This document shows, piece after piece, positions 20,504-31,190 of a stretch of DNA of 64,000 nucleotides (position 1 is the first letter of the stretch; every line of letters begins with the position of its first letter). The stretch covers positions 9,346 to 73,345 of the IMG/VR virus record IMGVR_UViG_3300016657_000129; one strand, written 5' to 3'. The DNA is from a virus. A program made the translations under genes and the position numbers. The notes beneath the pieces are model-generated. The model worked only from the letters and a program-made list of their open reading frames with translations, did not search any database and had not been told where the DNA came from.

Positions 20504-21043
20504 ATGTGTTCAAGTACCGAAAAGTTGCTGTATGTTTTGGCAAAAGAGGAACCTTCTTTTTTGTCTTATCCACTGATGTTAGCAAAGAAAAACGATGGGG
20601 GTAAAATTTTTTCATGGACTCATTTGCCAAGACTTGCAGGCGTATATATCCTGTTTTCGGATTGTGATTTTTTGTACGTAGGTAAAACCACGAACTTGTT
20701 GTCAAGGTTTTCTCGCTACAGCAATCGTCAACACGGAAGAAGCTTAGACGAAATCTTGTCTAGACAAAAAGGGGGAATACTTTTTTTTGATATTGCTTCA
20801 TTCGGTCTTCCTAAAGACGAAAAAACATTGACTACAGTAGAACAAATAATGTATTTGAGGCTAATGCCAATCCACAACAGGCAAGCTCCTAAAAAATGGA
20901 CTATTTACAAGGTCTCCTCAACGCTTTATGACATTTTTTGTGAGGCAAAATCTAACACAATAATTAATGATTGCGAGTGTTTTGCCCACTTATTGACGCA
21001 ACCTTTGTTCAACTATTTTCCATACGTTGTCCATGCTGTTTAA
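20504..21043 (+). CDS. GIY-YIG endonuclease
   Basis: AGVYIL...FLYVGKTTNLLSRF..Y...H and downstream E/N (VEQ..HN). Confidence 0.8.
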   Translation: MCSSTEKLLYVLAKEEPSFLSYPLMLAKKNDGGKIFSWTHLPRLAGVYILFSDCDFLYVGKTTNLLSRFSRYSNRQHGRSLDEILSRQKGGILFFDIASFGLPKDEKTLTTVEQIMYLRLMPIHNRQAPKKWTIYKVSSTLYDIFCEAKSNTIINDCECFAHLLTQPLFNYFPYVVHAV

Positions 21044-24000
21044 GATTTCGCCTTCTAGCTTCTGGCCTAAATCTTTTTGGTCTTTAGATTCTAGGTGAAT
21101 GTGGATTTGATTTTGCAATATTACATCTCCTTGCAAAGTCTTGGTTGGCTTGTCGCCCTCCGGTTTTGCAGATCCCTTGTTAGCTTTTAAGTTTAATTCT
21201 GGTTGCTCGACCGATACCTTAATCGGCTTTAATTCGAACTCCTGCATTTGCGCGATCGCGTCTTTCCTGAATCGCTCGAAGTCAGGAACGGTGGGAATTG
21301 CAACTTGCGGCACTCCGGTTGCCACTCTGCCACCGATGGCACCTGCATCCATCAACTGCGTCGGGGTGAGGTTTTCCCCGCGATTGGAGCGGTTGAAGGC
21401 GTCAAGCATTTGCCCGACTTGGTACGAACGCTGTCCCACTTGGTTTTGAGGTATGCCGGTCAACCGGCTCATAACTTCTTGATTTAACTGCCTCAACGCG
21501 GCTTTTTTCGCGCTTTCCGATGACATGTTGTTGGCAAGCTCCAATCGCGCCTGGTCAACAGCGGTGCGTTGCTGGTTACCCAAGCCTTCCCGCTGGAAGT
21601 TGGCTAAGGTATCTTGAATCAACCCTTGTCGATCGAGCATTTCGGCTCCAAACCGTAGGCTAGCTTGCTGTTCTAGTTTGGCGCGTAAATCTAGCAGCGC
21701 GGCTTGCTTATCTTCCGCCGACGCGGTGGGCGATGCCAGCGTTTTAGATAGTTCGGCTCTGGCCTTGGCAACTTCTGCTAGATTTTGAGACTGCGCCATC
21801 CGGTTGCGGATTTTTTCAGTCTCCAGTTGCGCCTTTTGTTGGGCTAGGTTTAATTCCAGCACCTGTCGCTCCATTTGCTGCTGAGCGGTGAGCGATCGCA
21901 GTTTAATTCCGGCGATGGTTTCGGCTAATTGTTTCTTCCGGTTCTCGGACTTGGTGGCTTCAATGGCTAATTGGAGGTCGGAAGTGACGCGATTGGTTCT
22001 TGAATCCAGTAAAGTTTTCTGCGCTTCTAATAAAGTTTTCTGCTTATCCAGAGCGGAAGTAAGCGCTTCTTGTTTTTGCACTTGGGCTTCGGCGTTAAGT
22101 TGACGCGATCGCTCGGCAAGCTCGATCTGTCGCACCTGTTTTTCAATCTTGGCAGACAGTTCGGCGTGACGAGAAAGCGATGCTTCAATTTGGGCAGTTT
22201 CTCTGGCGACAGCTTGACGCGATCGCAACTCAGCTTCGGCGTTTTGGTTGATTTCTAACTGCGTCGTCTTTTGTTTTTGTAAGAAACCTTCTTGATTCGT
22301 TAATTGCTTACCTTGTTCCTTGAGCGACATTACCTGCAACTCAATCGCTTCGATCTCGGCGCGCGACCTACCTTCCATCCTCGCCTTACTCAACTCCATC
22401 TGCGTTTGGAGGATGCTTCGCTGATTCTCGATCTGCGCGATGCGGTTTGATGAGGCTTCTTGTTCCAGGTTCAACGCGGCAATTTGTTGGTTAATTCCCA
22501 GGCTTCGCAACTCCGATTCTTGAGTGCGAGACAAGTTGTTAAGCCTTGCCTCTGCCATCTGCCGCTCGATGGTGGCGCGGGTTACAATGTCGCCCGTAAG
22601 TTTGAGTTGATTTTGTAACCTAGCTTCTTCGTTTTGTTGCTGAGTTTGTGTTAGTTGGGTGCGACTTTCTACTAGCGATTTTTGCAGTTCTAGGTTTTTG
22701 GTCTGGTTGGCAAGAGCCTTGTTACCAGATTCCAATCCCAAAATCTGCCTCTGAGTTTCATTGTTAAACCGCTTGAGAGCCTCTTCCCTCTGCGCTTGCA
22801 ATTGAGCGCGCTTCGCCAGGGTAACCTCTACCTGTGCCGACTCCCTCGCAGTTGATTGGGTAATGGCTAATTGTTTCTGAGCATTGGTATTGATTTCAGA
22901 TTGCTGTTGGGATTGTTTAGCTAGCATCCCAGACTGATTATTTAGCTCCTGACCCTGCTGTCTGTAGGATTCAAGTTGTAACTGAATTGCGCGAATTTGT
23001 TCGGGTGACTGTCCCTCAATCTGCGCCCTTCTTAAATCAAATTGTGCCTGCAATATATTGCGCTGATTCTCTGCTTTGGCGCGTCGATTTTCAATCTGCT
23101 CTCGCTGCAACGAAAGTGCGGATTGTTGTTGCTGAATTTGCAGGTTGGCGCGTTCAACCTGTTGATTAATGACCAATGACCGGGCGCGATTTTGAGCTAG
23201 TTGAACTTCTATCTCAGCGCGACGCAGCGAATTTTGAGTTAGCTTGGCTTCGTTTTGTAACCTGGTTTCATCGGCGGATATAGTCGCTTGAAGCACCTGG
23301 TTGCGACTATCTTCTAGTTGCTTGGTTAGTTCCAATAACTTAATTCGACGTTCCGAAGCGCTAACCTGTGCTTGCAGTATCAGCGCTTGTTGTTGCCCGT
23401 CGTTGGTTAGTTTTCTACCCTGTTCTTCCATCTGCGCTTGCAACTGAGCGCGCTTCGCGAGTGTAATCTCTACCTGCGCTGATTCCCTCGCAGTTGATTG
23501 GGTAATGGTTAATTGTTTCTGGGCGTTGGCGTTGATTTGATTCTGTTGCTGGGATTGTTTAGCTAACTGCCGCCCTTGATCTTGCAACAATCCTTTCTGT
23601 TGAGTTAGCGAAGTCACTTGCAACTTCGCCGATTCAATTTCAGCCGGACTTCGCTTTTCTAGTTGAGCGCGCTGTAACTCAATCTGCGCTTGAACTATGG
23701 CGCGGTTGTTTTCGACGATCGCAATCCGATTTTGAGTTTTTTCTCGTTCCAGACTCAACGCGGATAGTTGCTGGTTAATGACGAGCGATCGCGCTTCTGC
23801 TGCTTGGCTTATCGCTAAATTTGAAGAGCGTTTTTCGGCAATCTTTACTTCGATATCAGCGCGCTTGAGGACGTTGCCCGTTAATTTAGCCTGATTAGAT
23901 AGTCTGGTTTCTTCTGCCTGCTGTTGCGCTTGGACTACGGACACGCGACTATCTTCTACCTGCTTTGCCATTTCCAAACTCTTAGCCATCAAGTTGCTTT

Positions 24001-27000
24001 TTTCTACCTGCAACTGCATGGCTAATACTTGTTTCTGCGCCTGATTAGCAGCAACTTTAGCTTGGTTTTCTAGCCTCGCTTGAATTTGTTCGCGACGCGC
24101 CAGCGCTTTTTCTACTTCCGCAGATTCCCTCGCCGATTGCTGTTTGATCTTCAACTCTTCTTGAGAGTTCTTAGCAATCTGCGCCTGGATATTTTTACTC
24201 TGTTCTAGTTGAGTTCCTTGTTGCTGCAACAGTCCCTGTTGATTCTCTAAGGATTGAACTTGTAACTCTAATCCTTTCAACTGTTCTGGGGTCTGCTTCT
24301 CTCGCTTCGCCTTTTCCAGTTCCAGTCTGGCAGTTGCTAAGTTGCGCTGGTTTTCAATTTGGGCAATGCGGTTTTGAGTTATTTCGCGATCGCTAGCCAG
24401 TTGATTTAATAAGGTTTGGGTTTTAAGGCTTCGCTGTTCCGCATCTTGGGTAATGGTTAATAGTTTTGCCCTGCGATCTGCTAATTTAACTTCGATGTCG
24501 GCGCGCTTAGTAATATCGCCAGTTAGTTTCTTCTCGTTTTGCGACCTTTGGTCTTCCGCCCCAGCGCGTGTCTGGATTAAAGATAACCGGCTATCTTGCA
24601 GCGATCTGCCCAACTCCAAATCTTTAGATTGAAGTTGCGATTGGTTAATCTGGCTCTGCAATGCTTGAGTTTGAGCTTGCGCTTCGTTTGCTAATTGTTG
24701 CTTGCGCTTTTCTAATCGGCGCTCGTACAACCTATCTTCATTTGCAACTTCATCTGCCTTAATTTGCTCCCGCAGCACCCGCGCTTGACCCTCTAATTCT
24801 ACGGTGCGAAGGTTGTATTTTTTATATAGTTCGATTTGCTTATCGAGTTGGGATAGTTGCAATTTAGAAGAGTCAATTTGTGCGGCAGCTATCTTATCTT
24901 CTGCCTGCTCTACAGACAACACTCGTTGTTGTTGTTGCGCCTTGTAAATGTCAACATCTCCCTTTAACTTATCCTGCTGCTCTTTTAAGTTGCCCGCTTC
25001 AAATTCGCTAATCTGCTTCGCCAACGCCTTGCGCGATTCAATATCTAAATAGCTACCTTTGACTGGCTTGCCTTCCACCATCACTTCAATGGTGGAATTA
25101 TCTAAGACGTTGGTGAGTTTTTCGGCTACCCCTTTGGCGTCAAATCCAGCAACGTTGCGATCGTAGTTTTGCAGCGTTTGGTCAATTACTGACTGTGCTT
25201 CGGTTCGTAACTTGCTGAGGTCTTTGATGAAGGTTTTATTATCGTCTGAGTACTTGTTGCTAAAAGATTCAAGTAGGTTGTTGTAGGTTTTGGTTGGATC
25301 TGCTTCTCCAACGATCGCTCTTTGCAAAATTGGCAAAGTTTCTTGCTGATACTTGAGAATCGTTTCGTAACTTTCTTTCATCGCATCGTTACGTTTTTTC
25401 AGCGTGTCGATTTGCGAGTTGAGTAAGTCTATTTGAGTTTGAAACTGTTCTTTTAGTTCTGGATCTTTTATGCCCTCCAGTACCTTCTGCTGTTGTTCGC
25501 GGGTTTTTTCTAGATTGGCAATTTGAGATTCGTTAAGTTGATTGTTGCGCTCGTAACTTTGCTTCTCAACTTCTAAGTCTTGCGCCGTCAATTTAAACCC
25601 TTGACGAATCTTTTCGTTCACCCCTTCGGTTTGCAACAACCCCTTGCGATACTTAGAGTTGGCTTCGGCGGTGGCGAGAATGCGATCGCCAACTTGCTCG
25701 GTCGCCAAAGCCAACTCGCTCATGGGCTTAATTAGCGAATCTGCTTCCCGGTTTTTGGCAATCTCCCCAAAACCCGAACCGATAGATTTGCCTTGGGCTA
25801 AGTCCTTAAATATCCCCCCGGTAGCGGCATATCCCACCGTATTAGCAATATTATCGATGCCGCCACCCAGCCAACCGGGGATTTTAGTCACAAACTCTTT
25901 AGCGCTATCTAAAACCCCTTGGTCAGGCTTTCCTGGCGCGCCTTGACGAATTGCGTCGAGTTGGCTTTTGAGTGCGGCTAATTTTTCTTTACTGATGTCG
26001 CTACCTTTAGCAACTTCGCTTAAAGAAATTGAAAGCTGATTGAACTGTCCCGACGTTAAGTCTCCAGAACTTCTCAACTGCTGCAACTGTTCTCGCAACG
26101 GTTTAAGTTGATCTGGAAGCGCTGCGGTGGGTGCGACGACATCTTTATTGAGTGACTTGTTAATCGCTTCGCCAATTTGTTTAAATGGCGTGGCAACGGT
26201 GTCAGTCGCTTGTTGTAGGAAGGATTTATCTGGTTGAACTTGGGGTAAATTCAGTTTTGCAATCTGTGCCGAACGCTTGTTTGGATCGACGTTATTAAGA
26301 GATTCTTCTAATGAGTTTATCTGCCCTTTAAAATTCAACAACCGCTCATCTTTTCCAAGCTGCTTCTGCAATTCATCTTGCTTAGTACGAGCTTCTTCAA
26401 AGGCTTTAGCCAAATCCCTAGAAGCTGCCCCCAATCCCCAAATCTGATCTCGAAGCAGGAACGCACCCGCGCCTACTACTCCCAGCAAAGGAGCTAACGG
26501 GCCAAGCGTACCGACTAGAGTGGAGAAAGCGGGGATTGCAGCCTTTTGCACCGTTTTCACTAACCCACCAATTCCCATTGCCCCAGCCGCACCAACCCCC
26601 TGCAATCCTTTTTCCGTTATGCTGATTGTTTTGTTGAGTGCGACGTTGGCTACAGATAGCGCCTTCTTGATGTTGACTTCTGAAGCCAACAACTTATTGA
26701 CCGCCCCTAGTGGCCCCGAAGTGGCGAAAACAATATTGTTTCCAAACAGCCTTGTTTGAGCTAGTCCTTTCTCTGCCAGCTCTGCTGCCACAACTGTTGC
26801 TGTATGAGCCTTGGTCGCAACGGTTGCTGCCGTTACCGCTTGCGCTCCTTGGGCGATCGCGGCGGTCTGCACTTGCGTGGTTTTGGGGTCGGGGAAAAGT
26901 TCGAGTTGAACGTATTGAGGTTGTTGATTGGACAACGCTCCAGCTAACGCAGTTTGTGCGGTTTGTACCTGCGATTGAATTGAATTCGCAATTTGTGCAA

Positions 27001-29131
27001 CTTGGGCTTTTCTATCTATATAAGGAGTAGTATCAAACAAATCTAGTTGTCTGGGCGCATTACCAAGAGCAATATTGTTTATATCCTGCTTAATTGCCGA
27101 ACCTAGACTGCTGGCAGAATTAGCGATCGCGTTAATAGTTTGATTGTTCTGAACTAAACTCTGAGCTTGCGCTTTTAAGTTTTGAGCGGTGTTAGACGAG
27201 GCGATCGCGCCAAAAAATGCCTGCACTTTTCCGGTTGCGGTCTGCGCGATGTTGCCGGTGGAAGCGATCGCCGAATTCACCGACTGAAACCCAGACACGT
27301 TCGCTTGAATAATCGCGCCTGCCTTCTCTTGAACGCCAGATAAAACTTTGGTCACCACCGACTGTTTTTGTACCGCTGCTGCCGTTGCCTCGGCAGAAAG
27401 TCGCCACCTCTGATCTATCCCCAACACTTGCAACCCAGCCGCAAACAATCCTTGACGTTGGGTGATTAAATTTTTAACAACTCCAATCTCGTTCCCCAAT
27501 TGACCGGAAAGCGCTAGCGAGATTAACCTCACCTGCATGTAAGAATTAATCAGACTTAAGCCAGTCTGCCCTAATATCCCCAGCGCGTTACTGGCAGCGA
27601 AGCTGGTTATTTTTAAGCTGATAAACGTACCAATTGCTTGCTTGACTGGTTCGGGAAGGTTGGCAAAAAACGATGCCATGCGTTCCAGCGTAGCGATACC
27701 CGGTTCAAACACTGGCGCGAGGGATTGACCTACGCCGATCACCAATTCTTGGAAACGGTTGGCAATTTGAGCGAAGCGGGAAACGCGATCGCTAGTTGCG
27801 ATCTCAAATACATCGTTCAATCCTTGTTCCGTTGCCGACGCTACCGAGCCAAGGGTGTTTTTTAACTTGTTCCCATCTTCTGCTAGTAAGGCGATCGCGG
27901 TTCTGAACGCTAGATCTTCCGGCAATATCTCCGATAATACTTGCGGACTTTTTCCTGCCGCTTCCCACAGATCTAATAATGCTTGGGTAAACCCTTTAGC
28001 TTGAATTTCGGCAGTATCAAACCTAATCTTCTGCCCGTTCAAAGATAGTTTGGCGAGCGCTTTTTCTGCTTCGGGAGTTTTGTTGATGATGTTCGCCGAC
28101 AATCGCTCAATCCCTGTTAGCGACTGCGACGTGCTAATCCCTTGAGTTGTGAGTACGGCAACCGACGCGCTTAAATTATCTAAGTCTATGTTCGCTTGCT
28201 TGGCACTTTTTGCAGTTTGTCCAAACCCTTGGGATAATTCTTGGATTGTGGTTAAGCCGCTTTCAACGATTGCATTTAATTTAGCTGCTGTTATTCCAGA
28301 CTTATCCGCTCCTTCTTCATAGGCGTTGAGAGTTTTGGTTAGTAGCTTCAGGGTTTCCGCGCTGTCGGCATACATTCCCCCCGCCTGCCCAATCCCGATC
28401 AGTTTCGCACCATCGGCTAGCACTTTTTGCGAATCAGCCGCTTTGGTGAAGCCAGAAGACAAAACTTCATATTGCCCGGTCAGCGCTTCGGTTGATGAAA
28501 CCGAGTTTTTTAACTCGGCGTTCACCATCTTCTGAACTTGCAGCGCGTTTTCCATCCGTTCGGATTGGTTAGCTCGCTTCGCTCCCCCAAATTCATCGAA
28601 GTTGACCGAGCTGCGAAGAATCGTTCCTGCCCTAGAGGATGCTTGCTCAAATCTATTCAGTGCTGTCACTGCCGAAACTGCAAGCCCTTCCGCCGCTTCT
28701 CTCGATCCAGAAATCGCCTCGGTGATACCGCGAAACTGTTCGATCGATTGGGTGCTAACGCCGGACGAATTCATCAGCGCTAGCGTTTGGGGGATGTTCG
28801 CAAACTCTCGAATTGCATCGCGCACCCCGACAACGGCAGTAGTAGCTTGGGCTGCCCAGAACGAAATGTCCGACGCTGTGGAGAGCGCCTTCACTGCTAC
28901 CGAATTAACCGCGACTACCTGCTTGAGCGAATCCGCTAGTCCTTGCGCGTTTTTTTGCCCCAGCACCATCTGGGTGAAAGATGACGACGATGCTTTCTCT
29001 AGCCCCTTAAAGCCAAATTGCAACGCGGTGGCAGCAAGGCTGAGGTTGGTCATTACCCCAGAAACTTGATTAACGGTAGCGACAATGCCGCCGTCTTCGG
29101 CTTTGAGCTTGATGGTTGCGGTTGATTCCAC
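20990..29131 (-). CDS. tail tape measure protein (TP901-type core)
   Basis: 2713 aa, Ala/Gln-rich helical; GLTTIQELSQGFGQ..LSASVAVLTTQG core; coiled-coil repeats. Confidence 0.92.
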   Translation of the reverse strand: MESTATIKLKAEDGGIVATVNQVSGVMTNLSLAATALQFGFKGLEKASSSSFTQMVLGQKNAQGLADSLKQVVAVNSVAVKALSTASDISFWAAQATTAVVGVRDAIREFANIPQTLALMNSSGVSTQSIEQFRGITEAISGSREAAEGLAVSAVTALNRFEQASSRAGTILRSSVNFDEFGGAKRANQSERMENALQVQKMVNAELKNSVSSTEALTGQYEVLSSGFTKAADSQKVLADGAKLIGIGQAGGMYADSAETLKLLTKTLNAYEEGADKSGITAAKLNAIVESGLTTIQELSQGFGQTAKSAKQANIDLDNLSASVAVLTTQGISTSQSLTGIERLSANIINKTPEAEKALAKLSLNGQKIRFDTAEIQAKGFTQALLDLWEAAGKSPQVLSEILPEDLAFRTAIALLAEDGNKLKNTLGSVASATEQGLNDVFEIATSDRVSRFAQIANRFQELVIGVGQSLAPVFEPGIATLERMASFFANLPEPVKQAIGTFISLKITSFAASNALGILGQTGLSLINSYMQVRLISLALSGQLGNEIGVVKNLITQRQGLFAAGLQVLGIDQRWRLSAEATAAAVQKQSVVTKVLSGVQEKAGAIIQANVSGFQSVNSAIASTGNIAQTATGKVQAFFGAIASSNTAQNLKAQAQSLVQNNQTINAIANSASSLGSAIKQDINNIALGNAPRQLDLFDTTPYIDRKAQVAQIANSIQSQVQTAQTALAGALSNQQPQYVQLELFPDPKTTQVQTAAIAQGAQAVTAATVATKAHTATVVAAELAEKGLAQTRLFGNNIVFATSGPLGAVNKLLASEVNIKKALSVANVALNKTISITEKGLQGVGAAGAMGIGGLVKTVQKAAIPAFSTLVGTLGPLAPLLGVVGAGAFLLRDQIWGLGAASRDLAKAFEEARTKQDELQKQLGKDERLLNFKGQINSLEESLNNVDPNKRSAQIAKLNLPQVQPDKSFLQQATDTVATPFKQIGEAINKSLNKDVVAPTAALPDQLKPLREQLQQLRSSGDLTSGQFNQLSISLSEVAKGSDISKEKLAALKSQLDAIRQGAPGKPDQGVLDSAKEFVTKIPGWLGGGIDNIANTVGYAATGGIFKDLAQGKSIGSGFGEIAKNREADSLIKPMSELALATEQVGDRILATAEANSKYRKGLLQTEGVNEKIRQGFKLTAQDLEVEKQSYERNNQLNESQIANLEKTREQQQKVLEGIKDPELKEQFQTQIDLLNSQIDTLKKRNDAMKESYETILKYQQETLPILQRAIVGEADPTKTYNNLLESFSNKYSDDNKTFIKDLSKLRTEAQSVIDQTLQNYDRNVAGFDAKGVAEKLTNVLDNSTIEVMVEGKPVKGSYLDIESRKALAKQISEFEAGNLKEQQDKLKGDVDIYKAQQQQRVLSVEQAEDKIAAAQIDSSKLQLSQLDKQIELYKKYNLRTVELEGQARVLREQIKADEVANEDRLYERRLEKRKQQLANEAQAQTQALQSQINQSQLQSKDLELGRSLQDSRLSLIQTRAGAEDQRSQNEKKLTGDITKRADIEVKLADRRAKLLTITQDAEQRSLKTQTLLNQLASDREITQNRIAQIENQRNLATARLELEKAKREKQTPEQLKGLELQVQSLENQQGLLQQQGTQLEQSKNIQAQIAKNSQEELKIKQQSARESAEVEKALARREQIQARLENQAKVAANQAQKQVLAMQLQVEKSNLMAKSLEMAKQVEDSRVSVVQAQQQAEETRLSNQAKLTGNVLKRADIEVKIAEKRSSNLAISQAAEARSLVINQQLSALSLEREKTQNRIAIVENNRAIVQAQIELQRAQLEKRSPAEIESAKLQVTSLTQQKGLLQDQGRQLAKQSQQQNQINANAQKQLTITQSTARESAQVEITLAKRAQLQAQMEEQGRKLTNDGQQQALILQAQVSASERRIKLLELTKQLEDSRNQVLQATISADETRLQNEAKLTQNSLRRAEIEVQLAQNRARSLVINQQVERANLQIQQQQSALSLQREQIENRRAKAENQRNILQAQFDLRRAQIEGQSPEQIRAIQLQLESYRQQGQELNNQSGMLAKQSQQQSEINTNAQKQLAITQSTARESAQVEVTLAKRAQLQAQREEALKRFNNETQRQILGLESGNKALANQTKNLELQKSLVESRTQLTQTQQQNEEARLQNQLKLTGDIVTRATIERQMAEARLNNLSRTQESELRSLGINQQIAALNLEQEASSNRIAQIENQRSILQTQMELSKARMEGRSRAEIEAIELQVMSLKEQGKQLTNQEGFLQKQKTTQLEINQNAEAELRSRQAVARETAQIEASLSRHAELSAKIEKQVRQIELAERSRQLNAEAQVQKQEALTSALDKQKTLLEAQKTLLDSRTNRVTSDLQLAIEATKSENRKKQLAETIAGIKLRSLTAQQQMERQVLELNLAQQKAQLETEKIRNRMAQSQNLAEVAKARAELSKTLASPTASAEDKQAALLDLRAKLEQQASLRFGAEMLDRQGLIQDTLANFQREGLGNQQRTAVDQARLELANNMSSESAKKAALRQLNQEVMSRLTGIPQNQVGQRSYQVGQMLDAFNRSNRGENLTPTQLMDAGAIGGRVATGVPQVAIPTVPDFERFRKDAIAQMQEFELKPIKVSVEQPELNLKANKGSAKPEGDKPTKTLQGDVILQNQIHIHLESKDQKDLGQKLEGEILNSMDNVWKIVEQRLRQ
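22070..24600 (-). repeat. four ~214-aa tandem repeats inside the tape measure gene
   Basis: DSRxx..E.RLxNxxKLTG..KRADIEV recurs near 24595, 23950, 23308 and 22666 (period ~642-645 nt); boundaries approximate. Confidence 0.8.
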
Positions 29132-29164
29132 GGGCTTGGTATGTTTTGGCTAGCACTTATTTAA

Positions 29165-29389
29165 TTGTCTATGTCCGGCAAGCAAATTGGTTTGGCGATC
29201 GCCCTCTTCCTCCTGTTCTGTTGGGGGTATTATCTGTGGCAGCAGCGGCAACCGGGAGAGGAATTGGAGCGATCGCGCAAGCAGCTAAATCAGGAACAAA
29301 GGGAGATAATGCGGCGATACTGCCAGTCCGAGGCGATCCGCGCCAATCCTAGTCGAAAGGATCGGGAAGATTGTAAGGATTTTTGGTAA
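29165..29389 (+). CDS. small membrane protein
   Basis: N-terminal TM segment IGLAIALFLLFCWGYYLW. Confidence 0.6.
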   Translation: MSMSGKQIGLAIALFLLFCWGYYLWQQRQPGEELERSRKQLNQEQREIMRRYCQSEAIRANPSRKDREDCKDFW

Positions 29390-29531
29390 ACGTGCGGAGC
29401 GTCGCACTTTTGGCGATTTGGTCAAGTTTAAGCTTTTGGAATGGAATTATTTTAACGAAGAAGGCTTGATAGAATTAGTGCAACAAAAAATAGGTTGTCG
29501 ATACTTGCGTTGCACTTAGCCTATAACGCTG

Positions 29532-31190
29532 TCAACCTTTCATATTTTTACTGAACAGATCCACAATTTCATCTAACGTCACATCGTCTGCGGCAACCTG
29601 CTCTATTTCATTGTTAAGCACTTTTCCCGCAACCGACTCCCTCAATCGCCAAGGATTCTCGGTTGCAATAATAGCTGCATCGCCAGCATCCGGACTGCGC
29701 TTGATTCTAGCTCTAGTTTTAGGCTTCTCTTCGGTTTTAATCTGCCCTGACGTTAGTAGCTGATAGCGAATTGAAGACAAGTCTTCAAACAGCCTTTCTT
29801 CAATTTCTCCTAACGGCGCGATCGCCATTTCCCCGCGTCGCAGCGATTCGCGAAACTCCCAGTACAACTCGGTTTTCCGATCCTTGTACTGAGCTTTATT
29901 TTCTGCTGACGCCCCAAAGCTGCAACCAGTAGCGAGGTGACCCGATTCCAGCAAGCTCGCCAAAGTTCCCGCGCCGACGCCAGTGCGGTCAATTGCGATT
30001 TGTACTGCGCCTCCCAGCGACGATGCCTCTTTCGCTAGCACGCGCGCAAACCGGGTAACATCTTCGCGATCGCCTTTCGTTGCATAAGTCGCAACTTTGT
30101 ACAGCACCGGCCCTCGCCACAGCGCCAACCCGTGATCGTCGCCGCCATCGCCCACATCTCCACCTAATCGCCAATCGTAGGTAGCGGCTAGATTGTCCCA
30201 ATAATCGGGATTGTCATCGTAGCGACGCCTTGCTTCCAAGAGCCAACTCAAAGGAACGATTCCTTCAACATCGTCGGCGGGAAATAACCCCTCAACCCGC
30301 GCCATCCAAAATGGGGAATTCTCCCCATATCTAGTCCGCGCCTCTTCAATCCATTGCACCGAAACTGCGCCAGGGATGCGATCGCGGTAAGCTTCCGCCC
30401 ATCGATCTTGGGAAAGCACTTCTCCCTTTGGATCTAAAATCCATTTCGCAACCTCTGGCTTTAACCTTCCCGTCGCCGTGTATGCCCAGCTAACGTTGGG
30501 ATGATTCCACGCTGGAATGCGGATATGCGATCGCACGCAAGCTTTATAAAACGGCGTACCTTTCCTTAATGGGTTGCCGATTCTTAAGAGTCGGTTATGC
30601 GCGCCAGTGACGCAAGACTGCGCGCCGGAATCTATTTCTTCCGAAATGCCGGAACTTTCATCAATTACGATTAGCAGGCGATCGCTGTGTATCCCCTGGA
30701 AGGCGTCGGAACTTGTGTGTTTCGCGGTGAACCCAAATGCGTGGGCGCTTTCATCAACGCGCAGAAACAGTACGCCGCGCTCTCCGCCTAGCTTCTTCCT
30801 CCGCTTATCGTAAACTTTGCGGATCTCGCCCCAGAGGATTTTATTAACTTGGCGCGCTGTTGGGGCGGTAGTGATTGCCAACCCGCCGACGCAAAACACC
30901 CACCAAATTACTAACCGAGCGCTCAGGAACGACTTCCCCGAACCGTGGCAAGCTTGAACGTTGGTTTCCCGATTTTCGACGACGCTTTGGGCGATCGCTT
31001 TCTGCTCTGCGGTTAGATTCTCCTTCAGATCCTTCTCGATAAATCCAACGGGGTCAAGGGCATATTTTTTAAAGTCGATTTTGCTGGATTTTCCCGACAG
31101 AATACCATTGCCATTTTTTGTGCAATCGATTAGATCAATTACTGCGCTTTGCTTTCTCACCCATCTCTTCCTCCCATCGCCGCATTGCAA
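29532..31190 (-). CDS. terL: terminase large subunit
   Basis: Walker A ACHGSGKS, Walker B IVIDESSG, coupling motif RIGNP, nuclease GGDVGDGGDD and SPDAGDA; start uncertain. Confidence 0.92.
   Translation of the reverse strand: MQCGDGRKRWVRKQSAVIDLIDCTKNGNGILSGKSSKIDFKKYALDPVGFIEKDLKENLTAEQKAIAQSVVENRETNVQACHGSGKSFLSARLVIWWVFCVGGLAITTAPTARQVNKILWGEIRKVYDKRRKKLGGERGVLFLRVDESAHAFGFTAKHTSSDAFQGIHSDRLLIVIDESSGISEEIDSGAQSCVTGAHNRLLRIGNPLRKGTPFYKACVRSHIRIPAWNHPNVSWAYTATGRLKPEVAKWILDPKGEVLSQDRWAEAYRDRIPGAVSVQWIEEARTRYGENSPFWMARVEGLFPADDVEGIVPLSWLLEARRRYDDNPDYWDNLAATYDWRLGGDVGDGGDDHGLALWRGPVLYKVATYATKGDREDVTRFARVLAKEASSLGGAVQIAIDRTGVGAGTLASLLESGHLATGCSFGASAENKAQYKDRKTELYWEFRESLRRGEMAIAPLGEIEERLFEDLSSIRYQLLTSGQIKTEEKPKTRARIKRSPDAGDAAIIATENPWRLRESVAGKVLNNEIEQVAADDVTLDEIVDLFSKNMKG

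Noticed and set aside
29165-29389. Holin/spanin call
   Set aside because: One TM helix only, no lipobox and no endolysin nearby
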